Below, piece after piece: positions 12,790-25,099 of a stretch of 64,000 bases of DNA (position 1 is its first letter; each line of letters starts with the position of its first letter). This DNA comes from Octopus vulgaris (lineage: Eukaryota): assembly GCA_951406725.2 (NCBI GenBank), contig OX597821.1, positions 45,384,001 to 45,448,000 on the forward strand, read 5' to 3'. The position numbers and the translations under genes are program-made. Below the pieces are notes generated by a model, which saw only the letters and a program-made list of their open reading frames with translations, was not told the origin of the DNA and ran no database searches.

Positions 12790-14247
12790 AAATACAAAGA
12801 GAGTATTTATTGGAAGATTAGCAGCTCGATAGATGAAATAGAATGCAATTAATTTCAAATAATTCAAGGAAAATATGTAGAATACGTCCGTTTATTTAAA
12901 TAGATGTCTAGTTTTATTTTAATGCCTCATCACACATGCACACAATCACCTAAACAAGCTGTTCATTTAAATCTACTTCTTAATACATTGCCAAAGTGTT
13001 TGAGAAGAAGCTATAAATTCATTTATGCTATAATGATGTTTCTAAAAGCTAACTAAGCGCAAATGAATTTTAAAGCAAACAACTCTGAATTATTGAATAA
13101 TCTGTTTCCTTTAATAATTTTGACCTTCTCCAGACCAAACGTTCGACATAGTCCTCTCTCCTTCTCAAACAACATTTTTATCCAAACTTTTAGAAACGAG
13201 ATAAACAAGTTAATGTTATTTATCGAACGAGAAAAAGCTATGAATGTTATCGTATGTCTGGTAACTTTTTCAATACTAAGTAGAGCTGACGTCGCTAGAC
13301 AATGCCATCAATGTGTTTGGAAGCAAGTGAAAAACAAACACAGAAAGAAAAAAAAAAAACAGTTAATAAATAAATACAAATATAAATGAATCTCATAATT
13401 ACAAATAAAACTAAAGAACAGAACAAGTTTCTTTCAAATCATAAGAATACCTGAAAGGAACAAATGGTAATATACGAGTATTTGAAAATCTTTAAGCGTG
13501 CCCACACACACAGAGATACCTAGGAGTAAAAAAAAAAGCAACAACCCAAAGAATGTAGCACTGAACACATTTAGTTAAAGTTATATGCATTTAATAACAA
13601 ATAAACTCAGCTCCACATTGCTTAAAATTTCGCGGACAGTGCCGAAAGGGAATACAATTTCAAAGAAATAACTCTTGTAATCTCACTTATCACACCTTGG
13701 CATTACTGCGTCCCTACCGTTATTGTCCCCTTGCCATTACTCTTCCTACATCAGTTCTCTCTCTCCTCTTTCACACTTTCCCCAATCTCTCTGTTATCCC
13801 ATAATACTTTAGCAATTATATGCCAACAAGGAAGGCAAACTTAAATTTTGATGATGATAATAATGATAATATATATATATATATAACATATAATTAAGAT
13901 CCCATTGAATTAGGTACATAAATTGAGGCAGTATTTTCCGCACACTCAAACAATATTAATCGAATATTGAATATTAAAACACTGTGCAGGAGTGTTTGCA
14001 CCTGATATTCCTGGCGTGTGTGCAGACAACGCAACTCAGCTAGGTCACCGCTCTTTTTTTATTCTTACCCCCACTATTTCCTTTGCTACTCTCTAAATTA
14101 TAGTAGACTTGACAAGGTATGCGTTACTTTCTAAACTCATTCTGCCAGAGATATGACAATACAAACGATATAAATATTTTGAGTTCCATTACTGATGTGA
14201 ATATGTTAAAGCAGTGGTTTAATCCTTCATGCTTGAAGTCCATGCGG

Positions 14248-14330
14248 TCATCTGATGAGAACGGATTCTCTCAAATGATGCAATGTTTTCATTAATGAAT
14301 TAAAGGCGTTGCTTGAAACGGCTGTAATGA
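14248..14330 (+). ncRNA. Type I hammerhead-like motif
   Basis: TCAT-CTGATGA-GAACG..CGTTGCTT-GAAA-C-GGCT-G-TA-ATGA; perfect helix I TCAT/ATGA and intact core. Confidence 0.65.
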
Positions 14331-14357
14331 ATTGACACCGGTACATCTTCGTTACTC

Positions 14358-14415
<58 letters not shown>

Positions 14416-14417
<2 letters not shown>

Positions 14418-14611
14418 CGGGAAGGCATACGAAACTAAACAAAAGACGAAGGTAGGTGGAGTACAAACAAACAAACAAACAATGTATTAGTATGGCGCTC
14501 AGGAATAGAAATAAAACAAGTCTTTTACGTTTCGAGCCTACGCTCTTCGACAGAAAGATACACAGAAAAGAAACAAGGAGAGAAAAAAATTGCGTGTAGG
14601 GGCTAACGATC

Positions 14612-14612
<1 letters not shown>
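14416..14612 (-). mobile_element. ~200-bp element in (TA)n carrying a minimal hammerhead-like motif (14521-14558)
   Basis: Minus strand TCTTT-CTGTCGAA-GAGC-GTAG-GCTC-GAAACGTA-AAAGA; (TA)n on both sides; relatives at 16110-16265 and 16938-17122. Confidence 0.65.
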
Positions 14613-14649
<37 letters not shown>

Positions 14650-14654
<5 letters not shown>

Positions 14655-14896
14655 AAGACCCCCTTCGGTCATGAATGACCATGGGATTGCACCTAGAAAG
14701 TTACCCTCCTAGACACAAGTCCGGGCAAGATTGTTTATGGAAGACCAGCAGTCGCCCATGCATACCAGCCTCCTCTCCACGCCACCAGTGTTATCCAAGG
14801 GAAAGACAAAGGTCGATACAGCTTGGCACCAGTGACGTCGCAACTCATTTCTACAGCTGAGTGAACTGGAGCAACGTGAAATAAAGTGCCTTGCTC
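14650..14896 (-). mobile_element. 5'-truncated SINE of a third family
   Basis: Minus strand TGAGCAAGGCACTTTATTTCACGTTGCTCCAGTTCACTCAGCTGTAGAAATGAG resembles conserved central domains of metazoan SINEs; embedded in (TA)n. Confidence 0.6.
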
Positions 14897-14927
14897 ACAC
14901 ATACATATATATATGTATATAATCACG

Positions 14928-14981
<54 letters not shown>

Positions 14982-15229
14982 TGCAAGAAGTAGACAGAAT
15001 TTGTTGAAGTAGATTTTCTATGACTGATCCCCTTCCTTATCACCAATCTCACCTATTTCCAAACATGATATTTTTTCTCAGTAGCTGGCAATGCTTCCAT
15101 GGAAAATTGGGAATGGACAATATCACATGTATAATGGAGACGCTCATTTACAACTATTACACGGTGTCAAACAAAAAGACGCACTCATACACCCCACGTG
15201 ACAATACAATACAATGTACAGACAATACA

Positions 15230-15494
15230 ATACATACAAACATACATACATACATACATACATACATACATACATACATACATACATACATACGTACGTA
15301 CGTACGTACGTTCGTACGTACATACATACATACATACATACATACATACATACATACATACATACATACATACACACATACATACATACATATATACATA
15401 CATACACACACATATTTACACGTACATATATACATCCATCCATCCATCCATCTATGCATACATACATACATACATACATACGTACGTACGTACG

Positions 15495-15528
<34 letters not shown>

Positions 15529-15690
15529 CATGCATACATACACACACACATATTTACACGTACATATATACATCCATCCATCTATGCATACATACATACA
15601 TACATACATACGTACGTACGTACGTACATACATACGTACATACATACATACATACATACATACATACATACATACATACATACATACATA
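15230..15690. repeat. (TACA)n/(TACG)n compound microsatellite with internal duplication
   Basis: Directly visible; CACACATATTTACACGTACATATATACATCC occurs twice. Confidence 0.95.
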
Positions 15691-15889
15691 CTGGCTTGTT
15701 TCAGATTCTGTACATCAATTCCACTAGCAAGGCTTTGGTTGGGCTGGGACTATAGCAGAAGACACTTGCCCAAGATATATAGTATATATTGTCAGACAGT
15801 TTTGGTTCCCGTTCGTCGGATATATATTTGTTGTGTATATACACTGATTAGCTACTTTTTTTCTCTGGGACTGGTCAAGTGATATGGAC

Positions 15890-15932
15890 ATCTCTGATAA
15901 GAACCTAGTAAGTTTCGAAAATTAATTAAGGT
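15890..15932 (+). ncRNA. Minimal hammerhead-like motif
   Basis: ATCT-CTGATAA-GAAC-CTAGTAA-GTTTC-GAAA-ATTAAT-TA-AGGT; palindromic helix III. Confidence 0.55.
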
Positions 15933-16012
15933 CACTCTTCACTTTTCAGTCAATGAAGAAATAATTTAACTTGCCATGTTTGTCTGTCTACTCCGTTCTT
16001 TTACATGTATAC

Positions 16013-16043
<31 letters not shown>

Positions 16044-16272
16044 TGTATGTATGTATGTATGTATGTATGTATGTATGTATGTATGTATGTATGTATACAT
16101 ATATATATACAAAAGTTCAGATTTACAGAAAGCAAAAGACGGAGACAGGTGAAGGAACACCTGTTTAAGCTTTTGAGCGTACGCTCTTTGACAGAAGGTT
16201 TGAGAGGAAATAACGGAGAGAGAAAAATGTATAAAGAATAACAGTTCGATATGACGAAATGGTATATGTGTG

Positions 16273-16383
<111 letters not shown>

Positions 16384-16869
16384 ACGTTCAGCAAGATATA
16401 AGTTAGAGGTTATGCAACCATCTAAGGGATAGATGTATCCGTAGGCACCCCTGGTGTATTACCTCACTATGTATAGTCCTCGTTATAAGGTATACGCTAG
16501 TAGGTAATTTAAAGGTAAAACCGTGGTTTAATATATAGAGAGAAGATATTGTGTGGCAAATAGCCACTGTCCCCACTTACTGCCACTCGCATCCAATGAA
16601 GGAATCTACTAACACGTGGAAATATACAAATCCCTAAAATGTAAGCCTTTAGCTTTAACGAACTCTTTTCTTTTTCTTTCTATTTCTTTCTTCACCTTTC
16701 TTTTCTCTCTAATCCTTCTGAAGATGTTTATTATACGTAACGAGGTAAATGTAAATTTACTCCGATTTGATAAACAGAAACAGCTGTAAATGGTTCCAAA
16801 TACAATTAAACAATGACTTTTAAACATCAATGATCCACTTCGCATTGTTAATCAATGCTCCATTACTTG

Positions 16870-16937
<68 letters not shown>

Positions 16938-16940
<3 letters not shown>

Positions 16941-17122
16941 CTCGTGTGTACCGTTGGCGATTTTTTTTCCTCTGTCTTCCCTTCTCCTATGTTTCCGACG
17001 AAGAGCCCCGCTTGAAACGTTAAACCCTCCTTCTTTCCTTCTTTCCTGAGCGTCCAATAATACTATATTTGTTCCACGTCCTCGCGTTGTTGTGTTTTTT
17101 TGTGTTTTCTTGTTTGGATTAA
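16938..17122 (+). mobile_element. ~190-bp element with minimal hammerhead-like motif (16991-17025)
   Basis: GTTT-CCGACGAA-GAGC-CCC-GCTT-GAAACGTT-AAAC, followed by TTCCTGAGCG..ATAATAC shared with 14416-14612. Confidence 0.65.
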
Positions 17123-17187
17123 CTATATATATATATATGTATATATGTACGTATGTATATGTATATACACACACAAACACACACATA

Positions 17188-17248
<61 letters not shown>

Positions 17249-17366
17249 ATAATTGGATGTGCTCAGTGTGCGACAATTATTCCATTCAGGTTCCAGTTCT
17301 CTAGCCTTGTACCTCAGATATTTAAATTTGCTTTTTACTGCATGTTTGATTCTTGTATTTATTTCT

Positions 17367-17475
17367 ATGTGGCTGAAGAAGTGTTTACTGTTTGCATCTG
17401 CATGCCAGCTTTACGAAGTGCATCAACAGATTGCTTCACGTCATTTGCCTCTGAATACTGAAACATACGTAACAT
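17367..17475 (+). ncRNA. Type I hammerhead-like motif with intact core and long helix II
   Basis: ATGTGG-CTGAAGA-AGTGTT...AATACT-GAAA-C-ATAC-G-TA-ACAT. Confidence 0.65.
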
Positions 17476-17579
17476 GAAATGAAGGAATACCATCTTCAAG
17501 CCCTTGTTCTTTTCTCTCATTATGTATGAATGTATGTATTTGCGTGTGCGTGCGTGCGTGCGTGCGTACGTGCAGATAT

Positions 17580-17789
17580 ATACGAAAAGTTCCTGGCTTT
17601 GGGTGAAAGAAAACTCAGAAGGATCAGTTAATTATGATATCATTTAAAATATTCTGCTCTCGAATTCACGCACTTATTGCGACGCTCCTTCAGTTTCTCT
17701 ACGGCCTGTAAAGGAAGATGGAAGATTGGGCCTCTAACCAGGCCTTTCGAAAAAGCCTTAAAGGAGGAACTTTTCAGCACGCCCTTGTA
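17580..17789 (-). mobile_element. mariner-derived MITE
   Basis: TIR remnants GAAAAGTTCC / GGAACTTTTCAGCACGCCCTTG-TA. Minus-strand peptide KLKERRNKCVNSRAEYFK resembles the mariner transposase C-terminus. Confidence 0.75.
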
Positions 17790-18074
17790 TATGTGCGTGT
17801 ATATATATATATATATATATATATACGAGAAAAAACGCCTCCCGTCCAATGGACGATGCTGAATCATATCTGCTGAATAAAAAGCAATCAGTGTTTTCTT
17901 TTCATTAAAAAATAATTAAACATGCCTTTATTTCAATAAAATTTTTGGTTTTGTTAAACGAAGTTAAGGCAATAAAAAGAAAGAAATTCTTGAGAAACAA
18001 AATAGTCTTTCCTTCCTTCATGCCAAGTTTGAAGAAAATATCTCTTTTGCATCTTTCTTTTTTGGTCTCTTAAA

Positions 18075-18375
18075 TATAGTACATTTTGTGGCATTATTTC
18101 AAGCCAGCCGACTTTTGTTGTGCAAACTGCACGTGCATTTTTCTCGCGTACGCGTAGTATCGATCGGAACAGCTGATGTACTCACTCGTACAAATGCACG
18201 TTCCCACGGCTTTATCGATCGCATTCTCACCTGGAATCGATTTTTGTAATTTTTTCAAGCCTTATACACGCCCTGAAACTGTCGGTATCTATATATCAAA
18301 TTTGAGCGCAATCGGATGGAGCGTGTCCGAGATCCTAGAAGATACACAGACAGACAGAACGGATTTTATTATATA
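18075..18375 (-). mobile_element. Helitron-like non-autonomous element, 5' part; inverted relative of 47859-48240
   Basis: About 300 bp of high similarity to 47859-48160 in opposite orientation; (TCTG)n near the 5' end. Confidence 0.7.
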
Positions 18376-18392
18376 TATATATATATATATAT

Positions 18393-18793
18393 AACGTAAA
18401 GTATAACAGCCATCTCAATATGGCTAACCACAAAGTGGGGGTGTTACTGTAGCTTTTAGCCATAGGAGATCGACGTCTCCAGCTGGCTTTAGACACTTTC
18501 TGTGCCCTTTAGGTATTTGCAAAGGGAAGCCATCCCTTCCTCGTAAGCCTTAGTGATACGCACCGGACCGCGGTTTCGAGATTATTGTCTCTTATCAACG
18601 GGCGGTAACCACCAGGTCACGATGGAAGGAGAGGCTTGTTTTGTAAATATATAAGAGTTTTTCTAGTGACGTCTGCCACTGATTTCGAAAAACTGACTGT
18701 AAGCATTATTAAATCTCAGAGCGAGATGTAAACAGTAACTGCTCAACAACGTAAAGTATAACAGCCATCTCAATATGGCTAACCACAAAGTTA

Positions 18794-18800
<7 letters not shown>
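18393..18800 (-). mobile_element. 355-nt unit with 44-bp terminal direct repeat and hammerhead-like motif (retrozyme / Penelope pLTR-like)
   Basis: 18393-18436 equals 18748-18791. Minus-strand CCG-TTGATAA-GAGA-CAATAA-TCTC-GAAA-CCGCGG-TC-CGG at 18563-18601. (TA)n on both sides. Confidence 0.75.
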
Positions 18801-18837
<37 letters not shown>

Positions 18838-18839
18838 TC

Positions 18840-19350
18840 GTCAAGGTATTAATGCAATAGGATGACAAGGATGTCGAGGTATTAATGCAAAACGGCCGTT
18901 GTTTTTATGTGATCATCTTGTCTTAGAGACCAGACGCATTCTTATCTGTCTCCTATGTTTTCTCTTGTCAAAGACAATCGTCCATTCCTCCAGCATTCGC
19001 TACCTTCCTCGTCTGGCCTAACGGCCCTCTATGTTTGTTTCCGTTTGGTTTGTTGTATGTCTCTCCACTGTCCTGTTTTTGTTACCAACTCTGACCCTCC
19101 GCAAATCCTAAATTTATTTTGATTTGCGGGAGCAACTGCCTATTTGAAGCCACATATTGTCATTAATTGCTCGAAATGAGGAGTACATGGATAGCTGACA
19201 ACTGATGAAGGGTTGTTTTTTGTGTTACTTGTCTTGCTTTCCATTTGTTTCTCTTGTTGTTTGCATATCGAAATTTGTCTTCGTATTTTATGTTGTTTTC
19301 GTATTTCATATTTCATGTTGTTTACGTTTTGTGACGTCCTGTATCCATAT
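18840..19350 (+). repeat. Unclassified repeat related to 1745-2220
   Basis: Same hairpin, CTGATGAAGGG motif and tail. Confidence 0.55.
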
Positions 19351-19420
19351 AGATACACACACACACACATATATATATATACATGTATATGTATTTATAT
19401 GTATGTATGTATGTATATAA

Positions 19421-19458
<38 letters not shown>

Positions 19459-19503
19459 CATATTATTATATGATTGAATGCCATGCATACAATTCCAAGT
19501 AAG

Positions 19504-19559
<56 letters not shown>

Positions 19560-19613
19560 CACCTGCCTTCGTCTTTTGTTTATTTTCATAAAGCTTCCCG
19601 TTATATATATATA

Positions 19614-21437
19614 TATCTTACTATTTTTATTTTTCCATACATAGCGCGACATACATTCATTCGTTGTTACTACGTTTATTCATACATTGATAACTTGATT
19701 CGTCTTACCCATCTCTCTCACTACGAAAATTTAACCTTTTAGGCTACTTTCAAGCCTTCGCCATAACTTGATTTATCTTTCCTATCTCTCTCTCTACGAA
19801 ATTTAACCTTAGGCTACCTCAAGCCTTAATCCCATCTTTCCCCATCTTTCCGCCATCGGCGGTCTTTCCTCCTCTTCTTCTTCTTATGCTAAAACTTGAA
19901 AATCGCCATTACCATTACGATTCTACAATTTAAATTCCCAATTCAACTTACTTTCTTCTTCAATTTCAACTCCCGGTCGATGCCCACAGCAAGTTTTAAA
20001 AAAATTTATCTTACTATTTTTATTTTTCCATACATAGCGCGACATACATTCATTCGTTGTTACTACGTTTATTCATACATTGATAACTTGATTCGTCTTA
20101 CCCATCTCTCTCACTACGAAAATTTAACCTTTTAGGCTACTTTCAAGCCTTCGCCATAACTTGATTTATCTTTCCTATCTCTCTCTCTACGAAATTTAAT
20201 CTTAGGCTACCTCAAGCCTTAATCCCATCTTTCCCCATCTTTCCGCCATCGGCGGTCTTTCCTCCTCTTCTTCTTCTTATGCTAAAACTTGAAAATCGCC
20301 ATTACCATTACGATTCTACAATTTAAATTCCCAATTCAACTTACTTTCTTCTTCAATTTCAACTCCCGGTCGATGCCCACAGCAAGTTTTAAAAAAATTT
20401 ATCTTACTATTTTTATTTTTCCATACATAGCGCGACATACATTCATTCGTTGTTACTACGTTTATTCATACATTGATAACTTGATTCGTCTTACCCATCT
20501 CTCTCACTACGAAAATTTAACCTTTTAGGCTACTTTCAAGCCTTCGCCATAACTTGATTTATCTTTCCTATCTCTCTCTCTACGAAATTTAACCTTAGGC
20601 TACCTCAAGCCTTAATCCCATCTTTCCCCATCTTTCCGCCATCGGCGGTCTTTCCTCCTCTTCTTCTTCTTATGCTAAAACTTGAAAATCGCCATTACCA
20701 TTACGATTCTACAATTTAAATTCCCAATTCAACTTACTTTCTTCTTCAATTTCAACTCCCGGTCGATGCCCACAGCAAGTTTTAAAAAAAATTTATCTTA
20801 CTATTTTTATTTTTCCATACATAGCGCGACATACATTCATTCGTTGTTACTACGTTTATTCATACATTGATAACTTGATTCGTCTTACCCATCTCTCTCA
20901 CTACGAAAATTTAACCTTTTAGGCTACTTTCAAGCCTTCGCCATAACTTGATTTATCTTTCCTATCTCTCTCTCTACGAAATTTAACCTTAGGCTACCTC
21001 AAGCCTTAATCCCATCTTTCCCCATCTTTCCGCCATCGGCGGTCTTTCCTCCTCTTCTTCTTCTTATGCTAAAACTTGAAAATCGCCATTACCATTACGA
21101 TTCTACAATTTAAATTCCCAATTCAACTTACTTTCTTCTTCAATTTCAACTCCCGGTCGATGCCCACAGCAAGTTTTAAAAAAAATTTATCTTACTATTT
21201 TTATTTTTCCATACATAGCGCGACATACATTCATTCGTTGTTACTACGTTTATTCATACATTGATAACTTGATTCGTCTTACCCATCTCTCTCACTACGA
21301 AAATTTAACCTTTTAGGCTACTTTCAAGCCTTCGCCATAACTTGATTTATCTTTCCTATCTCTCTCTCTACGAAATTTAACCTTAGGCTACCTCAAGCCT
21401 TAATCCCATCTTTCCCCATCTTTCCGCCATCGGCGGT
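19614..21437. repeat. Tandem array of 393/394-bp units, about 4.6 nearly identical copies
   Basis: Equivalent ORF starts at 19896, 20289, 20682, 21076; differences limited to an A-run length and rare substitutions. Confidence 0.97.
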
Positions 21438-21440
21438 GCG

Positions 21441-21610
21441 CCCCCCCCCACCAATACCGATGAACACTGTTCTCACCCCCCCACCAATACCGATGAACAC
21501 TGTTCTCACCCCCGCCACCAATACCGGTGAACACTGTTCTCACCCCCACCACCAATACCGGTGAACACTGTTCTCACCCCCACCACCAATACCAGTATAC
21601 CCTGTTCTCA
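21441..21610. repeat. ~33-bp minisatellite, about 5 copies (CCCCACCAATACCGRTGAACACTGTTCTCA)
   Basis: Directly visible. Confidence 0.92.
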
Positions 21611-22179
21611 CCATCTACACCGGATACGCCCTACTCCCTCCTCCTTCCCCCCACTACCCCTTCTCCTCATATGCTTTCACTGTGAAAAGACAAGCTGCTA
21701 GCGCCATAGCTCATCAACTGCCCACCGATCTTACGCTTCCTCCTGACACTGCCTCAATCCGACCATCCCCTTTTAGTACCCTCCCGCCTCGTAATATCCT
21801 ACGTTTTTATTTCTTACGAACCTACACCAACCCTTCCTGCCATCGTTCCTCCTTACCCCAACCTTCCCCACTGGTTGCTCCCCTATATTACCCGCACCCT
21901 CTACTATCTCTCCCTCTCTTTCACTGGTGAAACCGTTCTCAACTGGACCCCCCCTCCCCAACTCAACTCTAGAATATCTGTATTTCTTTCCTCTACCTAA
22001 TTACGTTACTCAGTGACGATAACGAATGTCCACTGCTAACACCAGCTCCTGCCCACGGCGTGGTCAGGTTGGAAGAGAGATCAAAAGAAAAATACCACGA
22101 AAACTATCACCACCACAACAACCCTCCTCTTCTCAGGCGCCGAATCCCCCCCGTCCCCCCCACATGTGCCGCTGACACG

Positions 22180-22422
22180 TTAAAAGCTCGAACCGATCGT
22201 GACCGATGCCGGACCCTCCGGCCCCTGTGCAGGTGGCACGTAAAAAGCACCCAATCCACTCACGGAGTGGTTGGCGTTAGGAAGGGCATCCAGCCGTAGA
22301 AACTCTGCCAGATTCAGACTGGAGCCTGGAGCGGCCCCTGGCTTCCCAGACCCGGTCGAACCGTCCAACCCGTGCTAGCGCGGAAAGCGGACGTTAAACG
22401 ATGATGATGATGATGATGATGA
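22180..22422 (+). mobile_element. RTE LINE 3' end with (GAT)n tail
   Basis: GGAGTGGTTGGCGTTAGGAAGGGCATCCAGCCGTAGAAAC...GGAAAGCGGACGTTAAACGATGATGAT, shared with 36080-36282 and 40530-40690. Confidence 0.85.
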
Positions 22423-22599
22423 TATATGTATATATATATATATACATATTTATACTATTATTTAATTGAACGCCACGCATCCATTTCCAAGTATATATGT
22501 ATAAACAATTGCAGCATGGAAGGTGTTTATAAGCCATTTAAAAACACACAAAAACCATTACATTCACTTCAACATGAGGGTTTCCTTAAAATAAAGCGT

Positions 22600-22930
22600 T
22601 AATCATGTTCTATGGACACAAATGTGTTTCTTGAATCCTGTTAGTGTCTTGCAAACCTTTCAACAAATGAAACAAGTTGAGAACTCAGTGTGCTTGAGTG
22701 CTTGTGGATCTTTTACTACATATTTTCTCGAGTGGATGTCAAAGCCTGCTTTGCTTTGTGCCATAAAACCACAATGACAGGTAAGGTTTCTATCTAGAGG
22801 AGCAGCATTTTGCTTGTATGCCTTCATGCTTGCGCTAAGTTGGTCCTGATTTTGGAGTCGGCTTTGCTCAAATCTATGTTTTATATGTATGCATATAAAT
22901 GCATCTGTTTGTGGATATGAGCAGAGCAAT
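22600..22930 (-). mobile_element. Degraded RTE-type LINE C-terminus with C2H2-like fingers
   Basis: FEQSRLQ...LTCHCGFMAQSKAGFDIHSRK followed by a second C..C...GFKKH...H. Confidence 0.55.
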
Positions 22931-25099
22931 CTGAAATATCTTTAATAAGTACACATAAAAATTTATATATTAGTGTGTGTCTATGAAATTATGCAGTTAT
23001 ATTATAGATTTTTTTTATAGAAGAAATATTATACATTTGTATATACCAGCTGCACCTGCTTGGTGCTTCATTTACTAAATTTTCTCCTTCTATTGTCAAA
23101 TTTCTGCACATTTTTCTCTTTTGTGCAACACACCATTTTACCTTTTTCTTCTCTTCTCTCCCTGTTCCAATGTGTCTGTATTTGTTTCATTTTTTAATTA
23201 TAGTCTACACAAATCTCATTTTGCTTCATACGTTATAAATCTTTTACTTGCATTTCTTTGCTGACTACTAACTCCAAGAAAATATGACAGCTTATGGTTG
23301 CGTAGGTGTCTGATCTGTATTATCTTCCAAATACCAATTTTGTTATCATTCATAGATTTTGAAGTATTTTCAGGAAAAATATAAAGATATTTAACTTTCT
23401 AAATTTTTCTTTTATTTGAATCCTTTTAAAAAATGTTTCTTCATTGTTTTTCTTTCATTTTGTTATTAAACATTATCTTTCCATATTTGCTCTTATTCTT
23501 GTTGGATTTCTACTTTGTTTTCGGTGTTTATGCAGTTTATCAATTCACTTTTCTTACTCATTTTCCTTACCTCTTTTCTACATTGTCCACATTTTTGGTT
23601 GCTATTGTCATAGCTGGGATGTCTTTGACCATAGATCAGGGCTAGCCTAGAATCAAGCAACAACAGCAACATTACCACCAATGATATATTGAATAACATA
23701 ATCTAAAACGATCAGCAAAAACAGAATGGCCATGGTTAGAATGATAAGTCAGCTCAATCATGGCTGATCTGGGGCTAAACACAAGCAATAAGAACAATAT
23801 GCAGACTATCCATGTGGGAATTTCATCCAGGAGTAACTAGTACCCCCTACTCCACTTTGTTTATATTTTTCTAACACCCAACACTTAAGCTAATGCCTTT
23901 ACGCAATCTGGTTCTTGGTTGAATGTTTTTATTTCAAGATTCTAAACCTAAATATCTAAACTGCCTTTATCATAACTGCTGCTAATGAAATTTATGTACC
24001 TAATGTCTATTGTAAAAATTTCTCTTCTGTGACAGTTTATGCTGTAGAAGTCTTTCCATGTTTGAGTGAATACAAACATGTTGAATATAAATGTACTCAG
24101 CTTTTATTTAAACATCACTGCTTAATGTGCCTTTGATTAATTACTTTTCGTTTAACAAAGCTTTGCATATATCATCAAGTTAATTAGGTTTATCATTTCC
24201 TGTTTAGTGGGCTGTCAACAATGGATAATCTGTATCTGATGAAGCACAGAAACATGAATCCTATAGTTTGGTGACATCATTCATATATCAGCTTAGAGTG
24301 CTTTCACACAAATTGTCTATGAAAAGGATTTCTCTTAGGAGTCAGATACTTCAACAAAGGTGTTACCTCTTTGAATCTACAGTGCATACAATTTAACAAT
24401 TTAATTTTAGTAATTGTTCTTTAGGGTGCCTTCAATTTACTTCCTAATAATTAATTACACAAATAGTTTGAGTGTTAATATGACATGAGTTTGCAGAAAT
24501 CAACTAGAAACTACACCCTAGCACTTAATTTTAGAGCAGGTTACCAGAACCTCTTGATCAATCTACATTTTAGATGAGATTCTTTAGTCACCTCAGAGAC
24601 CTTCATCTCTAAGTGGGTGTTATACTTAACTACAAGAAACTCCCCAATGAAACTTGAGTATTGTTGTAACTCCTTCTAATATTAGGTAATTTTCCCTCTT
24701 TTAAATGATTCCATTAGCAACACATATATCTGGTTACTATGAATTATTCTGACATTATGTATTTTTTGTTGCAATCACTTATCAAACTTTGTTCCAGTTT
24801 TGACTGAAATGTTATATTCAAAAAGCAGGACAACAAATCTCATTCCATTAAAAATGAAGAATTTGTAATAAAACACCACAACCTGCTTTAAACAATTCCT
24901 CTCTTTTGATCAAATTTCTCACTATAACCACATTATTCATATCTAATCTATAATCTTCCTTGGGATGAATATTTAAAAATATAAAAGAAATTCATACCTT
25001 TCTTAATGTTCTCACCAGATTTAAATATTAAATCTGTCCTGTACTGTACTAATGAGCCAATGCTTCATTGGTCAAATACATACATATATGAGAGAGAGC

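Noticed and set aside
19614-21437. Repeated 79-aa ORF or CRISPR-like array
   Set aside because: Units are wholly identical with no unique spacers, the ORF frameshifts between units, and the context is eukaryotic. No hammerhead core was found in the unit.
24236-24305. CTGATGA-AGCAC...GTGCT as a hammerhead
   Set aside because: No GAAA or cleavage triplet follows the putative helix II.
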